Shown: in pieces, positions 55,680-64,000 of the stretch
Numbering within the stretch: the first letter of the stretch is position 1
How the letters are laid out: each line of letters begins with the position of its first letter
Assembly (NCBI RefSeq): GCF_032191835.1
Contig: NC_083240.1
Span: forward strand, 29,326,001 to 29,390,000
Source of the DNA: Heteronotia binoei
Lineage: Eukaryota
Length of the DNA stretch: 64,000 nucleotides
Direction: 5' to 3'
Translations under genes and position numbers: made by a program
Notes under the pieces: model-generated
What the model was told of the DNA's origin: nothing
Database searches by the model: none
The model's input: the letters and a program-made list of their open reading frames with translations, nothing else

Positions 55680-57339
55680 CTTTTTGATAGATTTATACCC
55701 TGCAACATTGCTTTATTTTTCCATTTTCACTTTTTTTTTGGGGGGGGGGAATACTTCTGAATTGAAACAGCACCGAAGAGCTGGTTTTGTTGGTCAGAGA
55801 CAAGGCAGATTCTCCGAGGATAACTTGTGCTGAGTCTGACTCACCTAATGGTTTAATGCTTATTGTTTGTGGGGGGGAGGAGGTATTTGAGGTTTAGTGT
55901 GAATCTCATTATGAATCTTTCAGATGTAACTCTCTGTGTAAGGAACTGGAACAGGTTAGGTTGATACACATAATGGATGATGAGAAAGGTCAAAGATTCC
56001 AGTCTTGTCTTTCTTCCCATCAAGTCACAGCTGATTTATGACCTTGTGGGGTTTTCAAGGCAAGAGACATTCAGAGGTGGTTTGCCATTACCTGCCTCTG
56101 CATCATGACCCTGGTATTCCTTGAGAAAGGGTTATAGTATAATACAACTGTTAAGAATAAATGTTAGTTTTTAAGGTGCCCCTGGACTTTTGTTTTGATT
56201 CTATAGACTAACAAGGCCAGGCTACTCCTCAGGAATTATTGGCAACCGAGCCTGAGGTATATGAAAGGCTGTTAAAGGGCAGTTCTGTCAGAGCTCTCTC
56301 AGCCCCACCTATTTCACGGGGTGTCTGTTGCGGGGGGGAGGTAAAGGAGATTGTGACCGCCCTGAGATTCAGAGTATAGGGCAGGATATAAATCCAGTAT
56401 CTTTTAGCTTGTTTTTATAAGTACATTATAAAATGTGGTGTTGAATCTGTACTTGCAGGGTCTTGATCTCTAGCCTGTGCACTATGTTCTATGTGGCAAT
56501 TAAAGCCCAAAGTTTGAACATCAGGTCTGTGTTCAAAAGCTAGCACCACAGCACCGCTAATTTTTTTTTTAAGTTTTAGCTCATTGGAAGACACAAGCAA
56601 CTTTTTTTTTGCTGTCAAGTCACAGCTGACTTACAGTGACCCTGTGGGGTTTTCAAGGCAAGAGACCTTGGTATTCCTTGGTGGTCTCCCTTCCTTGCTT
56701 AGCTTCTGAAATCAGACTAGTTTAAACTATCAAGATCAGGTCACAGGCAACATACAGAGTGGCAGTAATGCAGATCATAGAATCATAGAGTGGGAAGGGA
56801 CCTCCAAGGTAATTTAGTCCAACCCCCTGCATAATGCAGGAAACTCACAAATACCTCCCCCAAAATTCACAGGATCTTCATTGCTTTCAGATGGCCATCT
56901 AGCCTCCCTTTAAAAAACTCCAAGGAAGGAAAGCCCAGCACCTCGCAAGATAGTAGCTCTGTGAGGTCATTTTAGGCACAGGAGGAATCCACACCCCCAG
57001 CTGCAATCCCAATTTGAATCAATGCCCTTGTACAGTTGCTGTATAGAAGGAGATTTGTCAAAATGCTTGATATTGCTTTTCTTCAGTATGAACAAATTTT
57101 AAGATCTGACAACTGGCTCCTTCAACACCTCCAGCCAGACTCCTTCCGTCAGGAGCTGCTTTATTATTACAAAGAGTACAGGCCCAAGTTTTCACTTTTT
57201 TACGATTCCACGATTCATTTAAGGAGCATAAGAAACAGGCACGCCAAAACATGCCATGATCTAAGGGATGATTTCAGACCAGAGAATCTCGCCCCTCCCT
57301 CCGCCCTATCCTGTTCAAAAGATTTCCTCTGGCCTGCAG

Positions 57340-57562
57340 AGGACGCAGCTTCAGCCAGCATGCGGATGAATGCGCACGCGCGTTCAAACAGACTGCATTA
57401 CCCAGCATGCCCAAGTCGCCAGACAGCGCTGGGGCGCCTGCGCACGGCATGCTGGGAGACGCAGTCCCTACGCTGTGAGGCGGCGAGAGCTCGAGACGAG
57501 TAAGCATGTTCTCCGCCAGCGTCGTTATCGCGGCTGGGAACTGATTCCCGGCGACGAAGACG
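57340..57562 (+). promoter_or_regulatory. DHX33 CpG-rich promoter with an inverted pair of ZNF143-type sites and NRF1-like GCGCACGCGC
   Basis: ACTGCATTACCCAGCATGC 57392-57410 and its inverted near-copy GCATGCTGGGAGACGCAGT 57447-57465; TGCGCACGCGC 57371. Confidence 0.75.
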
Positions 57563-63442
<5,880 letters not shown>

Positions 63443-64000
63443 GTACCACGCCAACTTTGTTATAGCACTAGGTATATTTACAGCAAGGTCTGTATTTAGA
63501 AACAGTTGAGCCTCACTGACTGGGATGTAAAGGGCTGGGGCCCCTCCCCCAGCCAAAGAGAATTGAATTTGCAGGCTGAAAGTTGGATTTTGCCTGGCCA
63601 TGTGCACTGCAGACCCTCATTACATTTTTCTAGGAACATTTGGGCTATGATCCTAAGAACATTTTCCTGGGAGTAAGCTGCACTGAATGTCACAGGGCTT
63701 ACTTCTGAGTAGGCTTGCTTAGAATTGCTTCCTCAATCTCTTTTGCTTCTGTATGTTACAGGGATGGAATCTAAGATTTGAGATCTATTGTCCATAACTG
63801 TTTTTATGCCTTGTTGGTTTCTTTTAGAGATATTGGGACTAGGAAGGTGTTTTCTGATTTCCGTTTCCCCCCACCCCAGGTCTTTGCATCTCTTGGTGGC
63901 CACGTGAGGGCAGAAAGGCAGGACACAAATTTTGTAAAACAAATAAATTAATTAAATATTGTTGTTTACTTCAAGAGGTAAAGGCAGCTTTTGTAAAACA

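Overview
Vertebrate (squamate, most likely gecko, judged from the SINE/MITE/CR1/Bov-B repeat content) euchromatic window holding a compact cluster of six housekeeping genes. Exons were assembled by hand from splice sites and reading phase: 3' end of RABEP1 (+, last 4 coding exons), complete NUP88 (-, 17 exons, 733 aa), complete RPAIN (+, 7 exons, 230 aa from the first ATG), MIS12 (-, single coding exon, 206 aa), complete DERL2 (+, 7 exons, 239 aa, two consecutive U12-type introns) and the first 4 exons of DHX33 (+). NUP88/RPAIN and MIS12/DERL2 are head-to-head on CpG-rich bidirectional promoters; RABEP1/NUP88 and RPAIN/MIS12 are tail-to-tail. The MIS12-DERL2-DHX33 block is inverted relative to the human/mouse order as I recall it. 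Introns are rich in hAT transposons and MITEs, many with exact 8-bp TSDs. These include a full-length 4165-bp hAT with a decayed transposase and about 1.6 kb of apparent cargo, and a MER1/Charlie3-like MITE. tRNA- and 5S-derived SINEs, CR1, L2 and Bov-B fragments are also present. NUP88 intron 10 carries a probable mitochondrial control-region NUMT and a ~290-bp foldback. I found no new protein-coding system and no CRISPR or prokaryotic features; the most interesting signals are mobile-DNA, NUMT and regulatory. Gene and repeat family names come from recalled sequences, not database searches.
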